A stretch of 64,000 nucleotides of DNA from Ranitomeya imitator (Eukaryota). This document shows, piece by piece, positions 62,661-64,000 of this stretch. The position numbers and the translations under genes were made by a program. The stretch is taken from positions 682,001-746,000 of the forward strand of contig NW_027193546.1 in the NCBI RefSeq assembly GCF_032444005.1. Reading direction: 5' to 3'. Every line of letters begins with the position of its first letter. Position 1 is the stretch's first letter. Under the pieces are notes generated by a model that made no database searches, was not told the origin of the DNA, and worked only from the letters and a program-made list of their open reading frames with translations.

Positions 62661-64000
62661 GATTTATAACACAATATTGTAAAATCATTTATTGGTTCGC
62701 GGCCTTACTAATATCCTTTGAAAATAAATTCAGCATTATTATTCCATGCTGTAACATTTCTATTCTGCAGCCTCCTGTTTAGTAAAAATTCAGCATTCTT
62801 TTTATATCTTTGGTTTATATTATATTAGCTTTTTGATAATCCCGGGAGTGCCATCTATCTAGCCCTAGTATTTTTGTTATCTCAAAAGGGTGTGACACAG
62901 TCCCATATATTATTCCAGCATTCTTTAATTCTACATTATTTTAGCACATATTAATTTCACAACTTTTATATGATATTTATAACACTCATTTTATATGAGT
63001 TTTCTAACACATTCTCACGGGGATATTATATATATATATATATACGGTATATATTTTGTGTTATGCACCATTATTTGACACTGTAATTCGCATTTTATAT
63101 GCCGCTGCTTTTTCTTGTTTTTGTGTAAAATCTCTGGCAGACAGGCACAGCTGTATCTCTACAAGACATGCGGGACACACCAGAGACATTGGAAATTGGG
63201 GGTTATAATGTCGAATTCAGAAAATAACCATTTTATATTGAATGACTAATGATTTCTATAGGCCTACTTTACTATGAAATTATGCATAAAAAATCTTCTT
63301 GGTTAACCCAAAACCGTAAGAAACAAACGCATAACTTTTAGCTCGAACACATCAGCATATATTATTACAGTTTTTTGCTGAATTAAAAATTATACAGTTA
63401 TTTCATATTTTTGGGGCTTCATGACAGGAGAAATTATTGATAGAAACCCAGAGTTTTGATACGTGTATGAAAATACACCAATATTAACTATTTGTGCTAT
63501 TTTAGGCACAAATTTGGTCTATATGCATAACAGGCAGGAGTTGGGGCGAAGAAATATGTGTTACATGCGTAGTGAATTGCAAATATATTCTGAAGTGTAT
63601 GGCATTTTGAGAAATGTGTAGCATAACCAATTACCTATCACGGTCACTAGATGGCAGAATATCATATTAATTATACATTGGGGTTTACTTTTGGAAGCTT
63701 ATAAAGGCGGTGTGTATGTGCACAGGATGACTTATTTTGTTTTTATAGTCACTAATATCCATATTAAATGACTCTTTAGCTTTATGAGTAAGAGACAACA
63801 TACAAATAGAATCCTTTTCCCTAGTAGTTTTATATTCTATGTCTGATATATTTCTACACAAAGCTACAAAACTATTTTGTATAAACACATATCCTGGTGT
63901 GGTATCCCACAACAGAAAAGAAGTGAAAGGAATTATTTTTTATATTAAAAAGGTAAATTTTTATTACATAATTAAATCAGAATACAACAATAATAAAATA

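Overview
Vertebrate replication-dependent histone gene array, probably anuran (frog); the taxon is inferred from the H1/H2A/H2B tails and the repeat content. One complete ~39.76 kb unit is present: H1(-), H4(+), H2A(-), H2B(-, body hidden by an N run), H4(-), H3.2(-), then a long 36-bp satellite. Two deleted near-identical units follow (H1+H4 at 41.9-48.4 kb; H1 only at 55.8-59.3 kb), then AT-rich non-histone DNA from ~59348. About 24.7 kb (~680 monomers) is the 36-bp satellite, and all the long low-complexity ORFs in the track are artefacts of it. The main observation is that the monomer is the H1 3' processing segment itself (3' arm of the stem-loop, cleavage-site spacer and U7-pairing downstream element AGAGCTGTA), amplified in tandem directly from the H1 stem-loop. 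A small independent 24-bp expansion of the same kind sits behind H2B. Other points: an orphan histone stem-loop plus downstream element, with no histone CDS, behind an H4-like promoter and splice signals (candidate non-coding RNA); a CCAAT-MYB-CHR-E2F module repeated 8 times; BRAT1 terminal-exon pseudogene copies in every unit; a split H2A/H2B bidirectional promoter; a young CR1 LINE with intact EN-RT ORF in the satellite; and L2, Penelope-like, MITE-like and Tc1-like fragments. No alignments, folding or database searches were run. All family calls are by eye and from recalled motifs.
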